From an uncultured bacterium (GTDB lineage: Bacteria; Patescibacteriota; JAHJAL01): DNA of 64,000 bases. A model generated the notes under the pieces. That model did not search any database, was not told the DNA's origin, and saw nothing but the letters and a program-made list of their open reading frames with translations. The position numbers were made by a program, and so were the translations under genes. The stretch spans positions 15,342-79,341 of the forward strand of contig CALKWM010000017.1 of assembly GCA_938004065.1 (NCBI GenBank), written 5' to 3'. Below, in pieces: positions 34,636 through 43,880 of the stretch (the stretch's first letter is position 1; each line of letters begins with the position of its first letter).

Positions 34636-35525
34636 TTTATCATTTCTTTTAATTTTTTTATTCTTTCTTCTACCGGTGGATGGGTCGAAAATAAATCTCC
34701 CCAAAAAGACTTACCATTGCCACTTAAGCTTTTCACCGGATCAGTAATATACATATGGTTCATCACATTTGATGAATTTTGTAACAAGTTATTTTGATTG
34801 GACAACTTTTCCAAAGCCCCTATCAAACCCTGCGGATACCTGGTCAACAAAGCCGCATCAGCATCTGCCAGATATTCCCTGGTACGGGATAATGCCAACT
34901 GAATCAATTGAGCCACCAATGGGGACAAAATTATCACTATTACCCCAAAAATCGCAAATATACTCCCGGTATTATTTTTTGATCTATTTGAACCAAATCT
35001 TCCAAAACGTATAAACCATTCAGCTAACACAACAATCAAACCGACAAATATTATTACTACGGTACTTAAGCGAGTATCAAAATTTTTGATATGCGATAAT
35101 TCATGCGCCGCTACCCCTTCCAATTCGGTTCTGCTCAAATTATTTAACAATCCAGTTGTAAACGCTACAACGGCATGATTTGGATCTCTACCTGTAGCAA
35201 AAGCATTCATAGCCGGATCATCAACAACATAAATCTTTGGTTTTGGCAAACCAGATGCAATTGCTAAATTATCCACCAAATTGTATAAATCTTTATTATC
35301 TTTTCTGGTCACCTCCCTGGCCCCAGCCATCGACAAAACAATTTGATCGGATACGTAATAGCCAATCAATACTGAAGGCACAGAGAAAATCAATCCAAAA
35401 ATTATACCTAACCAACCATAATCATATAAATAACTATAGACAAAACAAACAAACACGATAAAAATTACAAAACCTACCAAAATCAACCATGTAACCAATT
35501 TGTTGTGACTAATTTCTCGATACAT
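34632..35525 (-). CDS. htpX: Membrane zinc metalloprotease HtpX
   Basis: NAFATG, HELSH, SRTREYLAD and THPP motifs; follows lemA. Confidence 0.95.
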   Translation of the reverse strand: MYREISHNKLVTWLILVGFVIFIVFVCFVYSYLYDYGWLGIIFGLIFSVPSVLIGYYVSDQIVLSMAGAREVTRKDNKDLYNLVDNLAIASGLPKPKIYVVDDPAMNAFATGRDPNHAVVAFTTGLLNNLSRTELEGVAAHELSHIKNFDTRLSTVVIIFVGLIVVLAEWFIRFGRFGSNRSKNNTGSIFAIFGVIVIILSPLVAQLIQLALSRTREYLADADAALLTRYPQGLIGALEKLSNQNNLLQNSSNVMNHMYITDPVKSLSGNGKSFWGDLFSTHPPVEERIKKLKEMIK

Positions 35526-35543
35526 ATTTTCTTTTTATATCTA

Positions 35544-35588
35544 AAAAGAGATAGTGGTTTTAACTTCAATTAAAAACTCTATCTCTTT
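35544..35588. terminator. Hairpin between lemA and htpX (possible terminator or attenuator)
   Basis: AAAGAGATAG...CTATCTCTTT inverted repeat with a U-run on the minus strand. Confidence 0.45.
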
Positions 35589-35631
35589 GTAATATACCTG
35601 AAATCAAAGATTGCAAGAATTTAAAAAAATC

Positions 35632-36201
35632 CTAATTATTAAAATCTACTTTTACGTTCTGCCTTTCAGTCTCGTTTTCCACTTCAAACAAATCACGCTT
35701 TGCAAAACCAAACATACCGGCCAAAAGATTGTTAGGGAATATCTCAATCTTGGTATTGAAATCTCTCACATTACCATTGTAAAAACGACGAGATGCTTGA
35801 ATTTTGTCTTCAGTATCTGCCAATTCAGTTTGTAATGACATAAAATTTTCATTGGCTTTTAACTCAGGATAGCTTTCAGCCACAGCAAACAAAGTTTTCA
35901 AAGCGCCACTAAGCCCCAATTCCGCTTCGGAAGACTTTTTCGGATCACCCTTGGCACTCATAGCCGCATTTCTTGCCTCGGTTACTTGAGTAAAAACCTT
36001 TTCTTCATGTTTAGCATAACCTTTAACCGTCTCAATCACATTTGGAATCAAATCATAGCGTCTCTTTAACTGTACATCAATATCGCTCCAAGCCTCATCT
36101 ACACGATTTTTCAAAGTAATCAAACCGTTGTATAATCCAACACCCCATAGCAATAAAATCACAATAATTAAAATTGGTAAACCAAAAAACCAAAGTATCA
36201 T
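35632..36201 (-). CDS. lemA: LemA family protein
   Basis: YNGL, AWSDIDVQLKRRYDLIPN, ESYPELKAN and RRFYN motifs. Start moved to the ATG at 36201. Confidence 0.95.
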   Translation of the reverse strand: MILWFFGLPILIIVILLLWGVGLYNGLITLKNRVDEAWSDIDVQLKRRYDLIPNVIETVKGYAKHEEKVFTQVTEARNAAMSAKGDPKKSSEAELGLSGALKTLFAVAESYPELKANENFMSLQTELADTEDKIQASRRFYNGNVRDFNTKIEIFPNNLLAGMFGFAKRDLFEVENETERQNVKVDFNN

Positions 36202-36211
36202 ATCTATATGT

Positions 36212-36319
36212 TTAATTGATAAAAAATAAACCTCGAAAAGAAAGAGCAAACAAAATAATTGCCGCTATGAGAACCAAAACCGAAACCAATGGTAAAAACC
36301 AATTACTCCAAAATTTCAT
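36212..36319 (-). CDS. 35-aa single-TM microprotein (not in the ORF track)
   Basis: GGAGG SD then ATG; MKFWSNWFLPLVSVLVLIAAIILFALSFRGLFFIN; fills the gap before lemA. Confidence 0.65.
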   Translation of the reverse strand: MKFWSNWFLPLVSVLVLIAAIILFALSFRGLFFIN

Positions 36320-36340
36320 TTGCTCCCTCCCATTCCAAAT

Positions 36341-36544
36341 TTATTTCTTTTTACGTAAGAACAATAAACCGGTTCTTTTATTCTCGGAAACTTCATAACC
36401 GGCTGGGATTTCCGCTAATCCACCTTCTTTTTTCTCGGCTTTGGCAAAATAATAAATTGTTTGTGGTCGTCCTCCGCGCAAAACTACATCTTTGGAATGT
36501 AGAAAATACTTTGTACCTTTACTGTTAGTTTGACTGTAGGCCAT
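36341..36544 (-). CDS. Small basic hypothetical protein (67 aa)
   Basis: AGGAG SD; protein-like composition (YFLH...LRGGR...IYYF...PAGYEV...RTGL). Confidence 0.8.
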   Translation of the reverse strand: MAYSQTNSKGTKYFLHSKDVVLRGGRPQTIYYFAKAEKKEGGLAEIPAGYEVSENKRTGLLFLRKKK

Positions 36545-36790
36545 TTTTTACTCCTAATAATAAACAAATAATAATAAAATTCTTATCTAAAACTTACCAT
36601 ATACCAATCATAAAGTAAATCAAAATTAAATAAAAATTCAAGCAATGTGGTATTAAATACAGCCAAAACGCTTTATATATAATAATTTAGAAATAATTAT
36701 TGAATTATTTTTCTGGATTTTTAACTTTACTCCCCAATAGTTTTCCACCCCTTTGAATATAACAAAATATCATAGGAAATATAACTTTTT

Positions 36791-37417
36791 TTAATCTCTA
36801 ATCAAATCTCCAAATGCTTTTATTATCACTTCTTTATCTTTCATATCATCTTCCTCGGTGAAATCATCAACATATTTTTGAACCGATAAAGACCACTTCA
36901 AACAATCCAATGGATGATACAAATCAACACTCTTCACTTCTCTATCCACAATTTGATATTTTCTAGATGTCGAAACCTGTTTTGTTTTTCCATTGGCAAA
37001 TAGAACTGTAAAAACATCTCGCAATTCACAATTTATCTTTCCACCGTATTTTCTGGCAATACTACGATAATATTCATACATGAGCTTGGCTACCTCTTCC
37101 TGTTTACATTCGCTTTCCTCTCTACCAGACAATGCATTCCTTTTTACTTTCACCGGATCTTTTATTTCTCTAATCCTTTCGTCAAAAAACATACCGGAAT
37201 CATTCGCCAATACCGGTAATTTGTATTTGCCCAGATAAACCATGACTTTCAATAATGAATTATCAGCCAGGCTTTCGCCAGTCTCTTCCACTTCAACATA
37301 GTCAGGCACCCTGCTGACCTCCAAATCACAATCAACCCAAGAAAATATTTTTTTAATACTTTCCAATTTGGACGGATTGCCGGTAGCAATGTATATTTTC
37401 TTATTTTTCTTGTTCAT
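36791..37417 (-). CDS. Divergent Ham1/ITPase-like NTP pyrophosphatase
   Basis: ATGNPSK, EETGES...NS..K and ANDSG motifs; lacks the C-terminal GFGYD and SHR motifs. Confidence 0.7.
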   Translation of the reverse strand: MNKKNKKIYIATGNPSKLESIKKIFSWVDCDLEVSRVPDYVEVEETGESLADNSLLKVMVYLGKYKLPVLANDSGMFFDERIREIKDPVKVKRNALSGREESECKQEEVAKLMYEYYRSIARKYGGKINCELRDVFTVLFANGKTKQVSTSRKYQIVDREVKSVDLYHPLDCLKWSLSVQKYVDDFTEEDDMKDKEVIIKAFGDLIRD

Positions 37418-37468
37418 ATTTTTACTTAAAAAAATTATCCAAATTGGCAAATTAAATAATTTATATTC

Positions 37469-38161
37469 CTACAAATCAAAACTCTTGAATACCTTAAAAC
37501 TCAACCCTTTCCCAATATCATGTTCAGCCAAAACCACCTCAATTTTTCTTAATACACTTAACCCAATCGGTTTACTTTTCTTAATCAAATCAATCAAATA
37601 ACCTACCTCCTCACCTGTTTTTTTCTCCAGAAATCTGGCGGTTGTTATGTGCGAACCCCACGGCATCCGCAAATTCAAACCATTTCTTTTACCTGATTCA
37701 GATATAATTTTCCCGGCTAAATAGAAATTGTAATCCGCCATTCCTGCTGCAATAACCGTATCTTGATTCATTAACCATTCTCGATAATCTATGACGGACT
37801 CATTTAATCTATCAACCACCTCTTCAACCGTTTTAATCAGCATCCTCATCTTATATTCATCATAAACAAAATTCGGACCGGATTCCAAATCTGTAATTGT
37901 CGTATGAGTCGTTAACTGATTATCATATACTATCGATTTTACCCTTGATGAAACTTTATCTGACATTTCCTTAACTTTTGCCACCACATTATCCTCATGA
38001 CGCCAACAAACCAAATATCCACCCAGATAATCCGGCATATTGGGCAGTAAACCTTTTTCTCTCACTGCCGACAAATCACGAAATTCATCATATATCCTTG
38101 CTTGTTTTCCTAAAAAATTCTTAAAACTATTATCATTCTCTATTATTTTTAATTTATTCAT
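37469..38161 (-). CDS. 2H phosphoesterase superfamily protein
   Basis: Two HxT motifs (THTTI, SHITT) about 85 aa apart. Confidence 0.65.
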   Translation of the reverse strand: MNKLKIIENDNSFKNFLGKQARIYDEFRDLSAVREKGLLPNMPDYLGGYLVCWRHEDNVVAKVKEMSDKVSSRVKSIVYDNQLTTHTTITDLESGPNFVYDEYKMRMLIKTVEEVVDRLNESVIDYREWLMNQDTVIAAGMADYNFYLAGKIISESGKRNGLNLRMPWGSHITTARFLEKKTGEEVGYLIDLIKKSKPIGLSVLRKIEVVLAEHDIGKGLSFKVFKSFDL

Positions 38162-38340
38162 ATAGTCATTTAGTTATTACCATCTTTATTCTATCATCCA
38201 TGTCATAATCATTTTAACTATACCAAATACAAAACTTCCAACCTAAAAGAGATACAATCCTAATCAGTAAAAACCCCAAAAGAAGCCCCTTTGAAACATA
38301 CTCTCAAATACTATCAATCCATAAAAAAACTTAATTTTTC

Positions 38341-38437
38341 CTCTCAACAAATAAACTCCGCGCAATGCACTAAGTTCGAACTGCTTTACTCGTTACGGTC
38401 TAACTATTTATCTACCGAAGATGCGAGCCCCACACCC
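38341..38437. repeat. Copy A of a duplicated intergenic element
   Basis: CTCTCAA..TAAACTCCG...ACTAAG...GCCCCACACCC, shared with 39139-39197. Confidence 0.5.
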
Positions 38438-38519
38438 TTACTCACTATTTATACTATTTAAACAAAAAAGCCATCAGATTTATTCTCCAATGACTTTATT
38501 TTCTTTAGATATAAAAAAA

Positions 38520-39026
38520 TCATCTACTCCTATCGCATTTTGTGCCCTTGGGACAGCTTCCTTTGGCATTTTCAACAATTTCATCCCATATTATCCCTTC
38601 GAACACTTTTTTTACACCTTCCAACCAGTCTATTTCCACAGATCTATTCACTTTTTCGATAATCCATAACGGATAATTCTTCTGTTTATCAGGATTATCC
38701 CCATGAAATAACTGATACTTGTAACCAGTATCAGACAATATTTCATGAGAGCAACCATATTTATTACCAGTCCATGCCTCATGAGAATAAACTACAATAT
38801 CACTTTCGTTATTAAGACAAAATTCCCCACAAAGCATTTTCCAATATTCATTTCCAAATACCCCTCCGGTATCAACAATCAATACATTATATTCGCCACC
38901 CGCATAATGATAATAACAAAAGGTCTTATCATATTGCTGAGAACGCACTTTATTGTACGCTAACTTGTGCAATGACGACCAAAAACTCATGTACCGATAA
39001 CCGATGATAATCAACCACTTCTTCAT
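38520..39026 (-). CDS. Hypothetical protein
   Basis: ORF of about 168 aa with a GAAGGTG SD-like element; no recognisable motif. Confidence 0.55.
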   Translation of the reverse strand: MKKWLIIIGYRYMSFWSSLHKLAYNKVRSQQYDKTFCYYHYAGGEYNVLIVDTGGVFGNEYWKMLCGEFCLNNESDIVVYSHEAWTGNKYGCSHEILSDTGYKYQLFHGDNPDKQKNYPLWIIEKVNRSVEIDWLEGVKKVFEGIIWDEIVENAKGSCPKGTKCDRSR

Positions 39027-39115
39027 ATAGCACACCTTCTTTCACATAATCGATTTTTTTAATATTCTCTTTTCCAAACTTCAAATAATATAACAAATCT
39101 AAATAATAAAGTCAA

Positions 39116-39138
39116 CAAAAACACTCCTTTCTAGAGTG
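39116..39138 (-). terminator. Probable terminator downstream of tRNA-Gln
   Basis: CACTC-TAGAAAG-GAGTG-TTTTT on the minus strand. Confidence 0.5.
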
Positions 39139-39197
39139 CTCTCAAAAACGTAAACTCCGGAACATTTGGACTAGGGAAGGTATTCGCCCCCACACCC
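39139..39197. repeat. Copy B of the duplicated intergenic element, adjacent to the tRNA-Gln 3' end
   Basis: CTCTCAA..TAAACTCCG...ACTAGG...CCCCCACACCC. Confidence 0.5.
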
Positions 39198-39229
39198 CCG
39201 CATGCCGAGAGAACGCTCATTATTTCAAA

Positions 39230-39300
39230 TTCCGGGACTACGACTCGAACGTAGATCGACGGCTTCAAAGGCCGCTGTCCTACCATTAGACGATCCCGGA
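39230..39300 (-). tRNA. tRNA-Gln (anticodon UUG)
   Basis: Reverse complement TCCGGGA...GCGGC-CT TTG AA-GCCGT...GTTCGA...TCCCGGA; U1:A72 pair; no CCA. Confidence 0.95.
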
Positions 39301-39306
39301 TTAACG

Positions 39307-39777
39307 TTACTTGGAAAAATTACTACATTTCCAATAATACCAGATTAGCAGACACAATCCTACAAAAATAAATACATCCGCCAGATTGAATACACTGTAA
39401 TATTTTATGTCGATATAATCAACCACTCCGCCGGCATATCGAAAACGATCAACGATATTGGAAAATGACCCGGCCAGTACCATTCCCACCCCCATTTGCG
39501 TCCACACTCTCCCCCACCACCAAGCACTATTTGTAAATATAAAATAAACAAAAATCAAAAACGCAAAAACCGATATTAACAAACCCCAACCTTCACCCAT
39601 CCCAAAAGCTATCCCGCGATTGAACATCAACCTGATCTGCAACCAATCGGTTATCATTTGCCCACTCAACAAACCTTCAATCAATAGATTTTTTACCAAC
39701 TGATCAATACCAAATACAACAACTGACGTAATTATCCATATATTAATGATAAAATTATTGTATATTTTTTCTCTCAT
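39307..39777 (-). CDS. lspA: Lipoprotein signal peptidase II
   Basis: DQLVK, NRGIAFG, NIVDR, VVDYI and FNLAD motifs. Confidence 0.93.
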   Translation of the reverse strand: MREKIYNNFIINIWIITSVVVFGIDQLVKNLLIEGLLSGQMITDWLQIRLMFNRGIAFGMGEGWGLLISVFAFLIFVYFIFTNSAWWWGRVWTQMGVGMVLAGSFSNIVDRFRYAGGVVDYIDIKYYSVFNLADVFIFVGLCLLIWYYWKCSNFSK

Positions 39778-39779
39778 AT

Positions 39780-40193
39780 CTACTCACCAACAATCTGAAT
39801 AATCACTTCTCTTTCTCTTTTAATATAATCCAAATCAACAAAATATATTTGTTGAAACATACCCATATACAATCTCTTTTTAGTAAACGGAATATTTAAA
39901 CCCGTTCCCAAAATTCCTGACCTGACATGAGAGACACCATTTTTATGTCCCATTTTCTCATCATGTTTATAACTGCCTTCGGGAATAATCTTTTTGACCG
40001 TTTCCACAAAATCCTCCACGATTCCATCTTCACTCCCCAAAGCCACCATTGCTGTCGTCGAACCATGGGAATAAATATTTACTACGCCACTCTCGATAAA
40101 TCCATTACGAACAATGTCTATTATCTCATCTGTTAAATTGACCATATCAAACGGCCCAAGTGCCTCAAATGTAAGTTTTTTAGTATCAATCAT
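39780..40193 (-). CDS. YjbQ/UPF0047 family protein
   Basis: GSTTA, YKHD, NGVSHVRS and GMFQQIYF motifs. Confidence 0.85.
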   Translation of the reverse strand: MIDTKKLTFEALGPFDMVNLTDEIIDIVRNGFIESGVVNIYSHGSTTAMVALGSEDGIVEDFVETVKKIIPEGSYKHDEKMGHKNGVSHVRSGILGTGLNIPFTKKRLYMGMFQQIYFVDLDYIKREREVIIQIVGE

Positions 40194-40210
40194 TTTTGAA
40201 TTTTTATTGA

Positions 40211-40846
40211 TTAAAATTTATTGCTTGACTTGCGTTCAAAATACATAAAACTAACCATGACAACTATCACAATCAATGCAATAACTAACAAAACTACCAT
40301 CAGAAATTTGGCAACAACACCGTATAAATCCAATAATTGCCAAGACAAATCGCGACCCCAATCAGTAGCCACTAAAAAATATAAAACTGAGACAAATACA
40401 AAACCAATTGCAAAATACTTGGCAAAACTAAACACTATCCGATTCCAATCTAAACATGTCAAACCGATATAAAACTTTAGCCAAATACTAACCTGACCGA
40501 TCTTGAATACTTTTGCCATCTCACTTTGCAAAGATTTCTCCATATGATCAAGCTTTCCCCAATCAAAATCTTCCCAAAAATCTTCCCGAGAAACTGACCA
40601 ATTCCAATAATAATAAGCCATTTCAATCGCCATATCAGTATATTCATTTCTCGCAGACAACACCCCCAATACATACCCCAAATTTTTCTCGGCAAATTTT
40701 AATTTTATTCTTTCTTTTAAATACTTAATCAACAATCGATATGTATCAGCAATATCATATACTTTTGTTTTTTGTAATTTATCCAGATTGCTTAATCCCA
40801 GAAAGTTTGACTTTGATTGATTTAAATTAATACTATCCATATTCAA
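40211..40846 (-). CDS. Hypothetical membrane protein
   Basis: 211-aa ORF with C-terminal TM helices, co-oriented after dnaB. Confidence 0.6.
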   Translation of the reverse strand: MNMDSINLNQSKSNFLGLSNLDKLQKTKVYDIADTYRLLIKYLKERIKLKFAEKNLGYVLGVLSARNEYTDMAIEMAYYYWNWSVSREDFWEDFDWGKLDHMEKSLQSEMAKVFKIGQVSIWLKFYIGLTCLDWNRIVFSFAKYFAIGFVFVSVLYFLVATDWGRDLSWQLLDLYGVVAKFLMVVLLVIALIVIVVMVSFMYFERKSSNKF

Positions 40847-40882
40847 ATATTTTTAATTCTTATCTTCATCATACACTTTTTT

Positions 40883-42238
40883 TTAAGAATCATGTTTTTT
40901 ATCTATATCTCTAAAACGCATATATTCAGGTATGAAATATAACTCCGCATCACCGGTTGGACCATTTCTGTGTTTACGAACCAACACATTGGCGATATTT
41001 TTATTTTCCGTCTCTCTGTCATAATAATCTTCTCTATACAAAAACATCACCACGTCAGCATCCTGCTCAATCGAACCGCTCTCGCGCAAATCCGAAAGTA
41101 GTGGTCTTTTATCCGGTCTTGACTCCACTGCTCGCGACAACTGTGACAAAGCCATCACCGGCACATTCAACTCCCTGGCCAAAGACTTCAACGATCGTGA
41201 AATCTCAGAAATAACCTGCACCCGATTATCGACATTGGCCGATCTTCCTTCCAAAAGCTGTAAATAATCAACCACTACCAATCCCAATCCAACCTCAGCA
41301 TGCAATCTCCTGGCTTTTGTTCTAACTTCAATTACATTTAAACCTGGAGTGTCATCGATAAACAATGGCGCTTCGCTTAGATTTCCCATAGCCAGCTGTA
41401 ATTTTTCAAAATCTTGTTCATTTAAATTACCGGTACGCATTTTCCAGGAATCCAATCCGGCCTCTCCGCAAATCAAACGATCAACCAATTGCTCCTTTGA
41501 CATCTCCAAACTAAATACCGCTACCGGAGTATTATTTTCAATTGCCGCATATTGGGCAATATTTAACGCTAGCGAAGTTTTACCCATACTGGGACGAGCG
41601 GCTAAAATTATCAGATCACTTTTCTGCAAACCGGAAAGTATGTTATCCAAACCTTTTATACCGGTTGGCACACCTCTTAAAGTTCCCTTTTCTTTATGTA
41701 ATTTATCTATTCTTTCAAATGAATCTATCAAAACATCTCTGATCATCACAAAATTTTGTCCACCTACCGTTCTGGATACTGCAAAAAGTTTTTGTTCGCT
41801 TTTATCCAAAATAATTTCCACATCCTCATCTTCCGCGTACGCCATACGGTTAATTTCTCCGGAAGCCGAAATCAATGACCGCAAAATTGATTTATTGCGC
41901 ACTATATGTGCATACGAAATAATATGTGCCGAGGAAGGGACCGAATTTACTAAACTCGACAAATAACTGGCTCCACCAACCGCTTCCAGTTTCCCCTCTC
42001 TTTCCAACACTTCTGTTAAGGTAACCAAATCAATCGGCTCCCTTTTCTCATTTAGTTTAAAAATCGCTTCAAAAATCATTGCGTGAGAATTCTTATAAAA
42101 ATCCCGAGCGGTAATCATATCCGATACTTTCATCATTGCGTCTTGATCAATCATCAAAGATCCAATCAAACTCATCTCCGCTTCTTGATTTTGCGGAGGC
42201 AATTTCAAATCTTCAATTTTTCTTCTTGAATCATTCAT
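40883..42238 (-). CDS. dnaB: Replicative DNA helicase
   Basis: AARPSMGKT, FSLEMS, VDYLQL, ALSQLSR and DLRESGSIEQDAD motifs; no intein. Confidence 0.98.
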   Translation of the reverse strand: MNDSRRKIEDLKLPPQNQEAEMSLIGSLMIDQDAMMKVSDMITARDFYKNSHAMIFEAIFKLNEKREPIDLVTLTEVLEREGKLEAVGGASYLSSLVNSVPSSAHIISYAHIVRNKSILRSLISASGEINRMAYAEDEDVEIILDKSEQKLFAVSRTVGGQNFVMIRDVLIDSFERIDKLHKEKGTLRGVPTGIKGLDNILSGLQKSDLIILAARPSMGKTSLALNIAQYAAIENNTPVAVFSLEMSKEQLVDRLICGEAGLDSWKMRTGNLNEQDFEKLQLAMGNLSEAPLFIDDTPGLNVIEVRTKARRLHAEVGLGLVVVDYLQLLEGRSANVDNRVQVISEISRSLKSLARELNVPVMALSQLSRAVESRPDKRPLLSDLRESGSIEQDADVVMFLYREDYYDRETENKNIANVLVRKHRNGPTGDAELYFIPEYMRFRDIDKKHDS

Positions 42239-43817
42239 TTCGAATTACTTCTCCCCCAAAAACTTGTAAAACATCTTGCAATAATTTTTCACCGGTACTT
42301 TCATTGACCTGATCATTCATTTTGTTTTCAATTTGTTGCCTCTTTTTTTTTATATAATCACCATTGGAAACCACCTTTACATCCATTCCTAACTTACTGC
42401 CAAAAACATCGCCGATCTTTTCCAATATCCGATTACGATATTCTATTGATTCCAACTGATTTTTCTGTAACGCGAAATTTACCCCGATCACCAATTTTTC
42501 TTCAACTATTCCTAAAAATTCGCTCATTTTCAATATCGAACCCACCAAAGGCATTTCCTGACATACCCCAACTACAAACTTGCCCCATTTTTCTCTCACC
42601 ACATCTTCGCTTATGTTGTCAAACTTATGGTTATCAACAATATTTTCTGAATTTATACTTTCTTCCACCTTTTTTTCCATTTGCCCAATTTTTGGCAAAT
42701 TTATTTCTTTTGTATTTGATACATCTTTTTTTTCTTCCGGTATAATGTTTTCTGTTACTGTTACATCATTTATTGATCCCGGATTAATTTTTTTGACTAC
42801 ACCTATTAAAAATATTTCAAAATACAATGAATCAATCTCATAATTCTTTTCCCTCATTTGTTGTAACTCATCAAGCATTACCATCAAATTGTCCACAACA
42901 CTCTGCGGTGAATTTTGTTTTACATTTTGTAAAATTAAATCACGCCAATACGTTTCCAGGCTGTTAATCAATCTAAAAACATCCACTCCGGCATAATACA
43001 CTTCTCCCAAATAATACTCCAATCCTGCTTTCACATCACCTTTCAAAATATAACCGGTTAATTTTTCCAGGATGTCTTTTTCCACCACGCCCATTACTCT
43101 CCAAACGCTTTCTTTGGTTATTTTTTTCTGATCCAGCACCAATAATTTTTCCAAAACACCAAGTGCATCACGCATACTGCCTTTTACAGAACTACCTATT
43201 ATCATTGCCGCTTCTTCATCAATTTCCGCCCCCTCACTTGTTACTATCTTCACCATATGTGCAGCAATCTGTTTTTCACTCAATCGATGGAGATAAAAAT
43301 TCTGACAACGAGAAATAATCGTTTCCGGAACTTTTTCTATTTCAGTCGTCGCCAGAATAAACATCGCAAAATCCGGCGGTTCTTCCAATGTTTTCAACAA
43401 AGCATTGAAAGCTTCTTTTGTCAGCATATGCACTTCATCGATGATAAATACCTTTTTTTTGGCCATTACCGGAGCAAAACTTGCTCCTTCTTGCAAAAAC
43501 CTGATATCATCTATGCCACGATGAGATGCCGCATCTATCTCCACCACATCCAGAGTTGACTGCTGCAATATGGCCTGACAGTTTTCACAAATATTACATG
43601 GGTTGTAATCATTTTCAATATTTCGACAATTCACCGCTCGTGCCAATATCCTGGCAATAGAAGTCTTACCTATTCCTCTCGATCCGGAAAACAAATATGC
43701 ATGACCAACCTCCTTGCTTTTTACAGCATTTTTCAAAGTTGTTACCACATGTTCTTGACCAATTATATTGTCAAAATTGGTAGAACGATATTTCCGATAT
43801 AGCACAATTTCAGACAT
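42231..43817 (-). CDS. dnaX: DNA polymerase III subunit gamma/tau
   Basis: LYRKYR, GSRGIGKT, zinc finger, IDAAS, IIDEVHML and TIISRC motifs. Confidence 0.96.
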   Translation of the reverse strand: MSEIVLYRKYRSTNFDNIIGQEHVVTTLKNAVKSKEVGHAYLFSGSRGIGKTSIARILARAVNCRNIENDYNPCNICENCQAILQQSTLDVVEIDAASHRGIDDIRFLQEGASFAPVMAKKKVFIIDEVHMLTKEAFNALLKTLEEPPDFAMFILATTEIEKVPETIISRCQNFYLHRLSEKQIAAHMVKIVTSEGAEIDEEAAMIIGSSVKGSMRDALGVLEKLLVLDQKKITKESVWRVMGVVEKDILEKLTGYILKGDVKAGLEYYLGEVYYAGVDVFRLINSLETYWRDLILQNVKQNSPQSVVDNLMVMLDELQQMREKNYEIDSLYFEIFLIGVVKKINPGSINDVTVTENIIPEEKKDVSNTKEINLPKIGQMEKKVEESINSENIVDNHKFDNISEDVVREKWGKFVVGVCQEMPLVGSILKMSEFLGIVEEKLVIGVNFALQKNQLESIEYRNRILEKIGDVFGSKLGMDVKVVSNGDYIKKKRQQIENKMNDQVNESTGEKLLQDVLQVFGGEVIRNE

Positions 43818-43880
43818 AGTAATCTAAATAAAGTCGAGTAATTAATTAACACGACCCTCCTTGTAATATTTATCCTTTTT

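Noticed and set aside
42669-42733. A_AAA_AAG and A8 runs in the dnaX linker as a possible gamma/tau frameshift site
   Set aside because: No stimulatory hairpin or internal SD is visible, and such runs are common throughout this AT-rich sequence.
43818-43880. SRP RNA (ffs), often found upstream of dnaX
   Set aside because: The gap is too short and has no SRP helix-8 motif.
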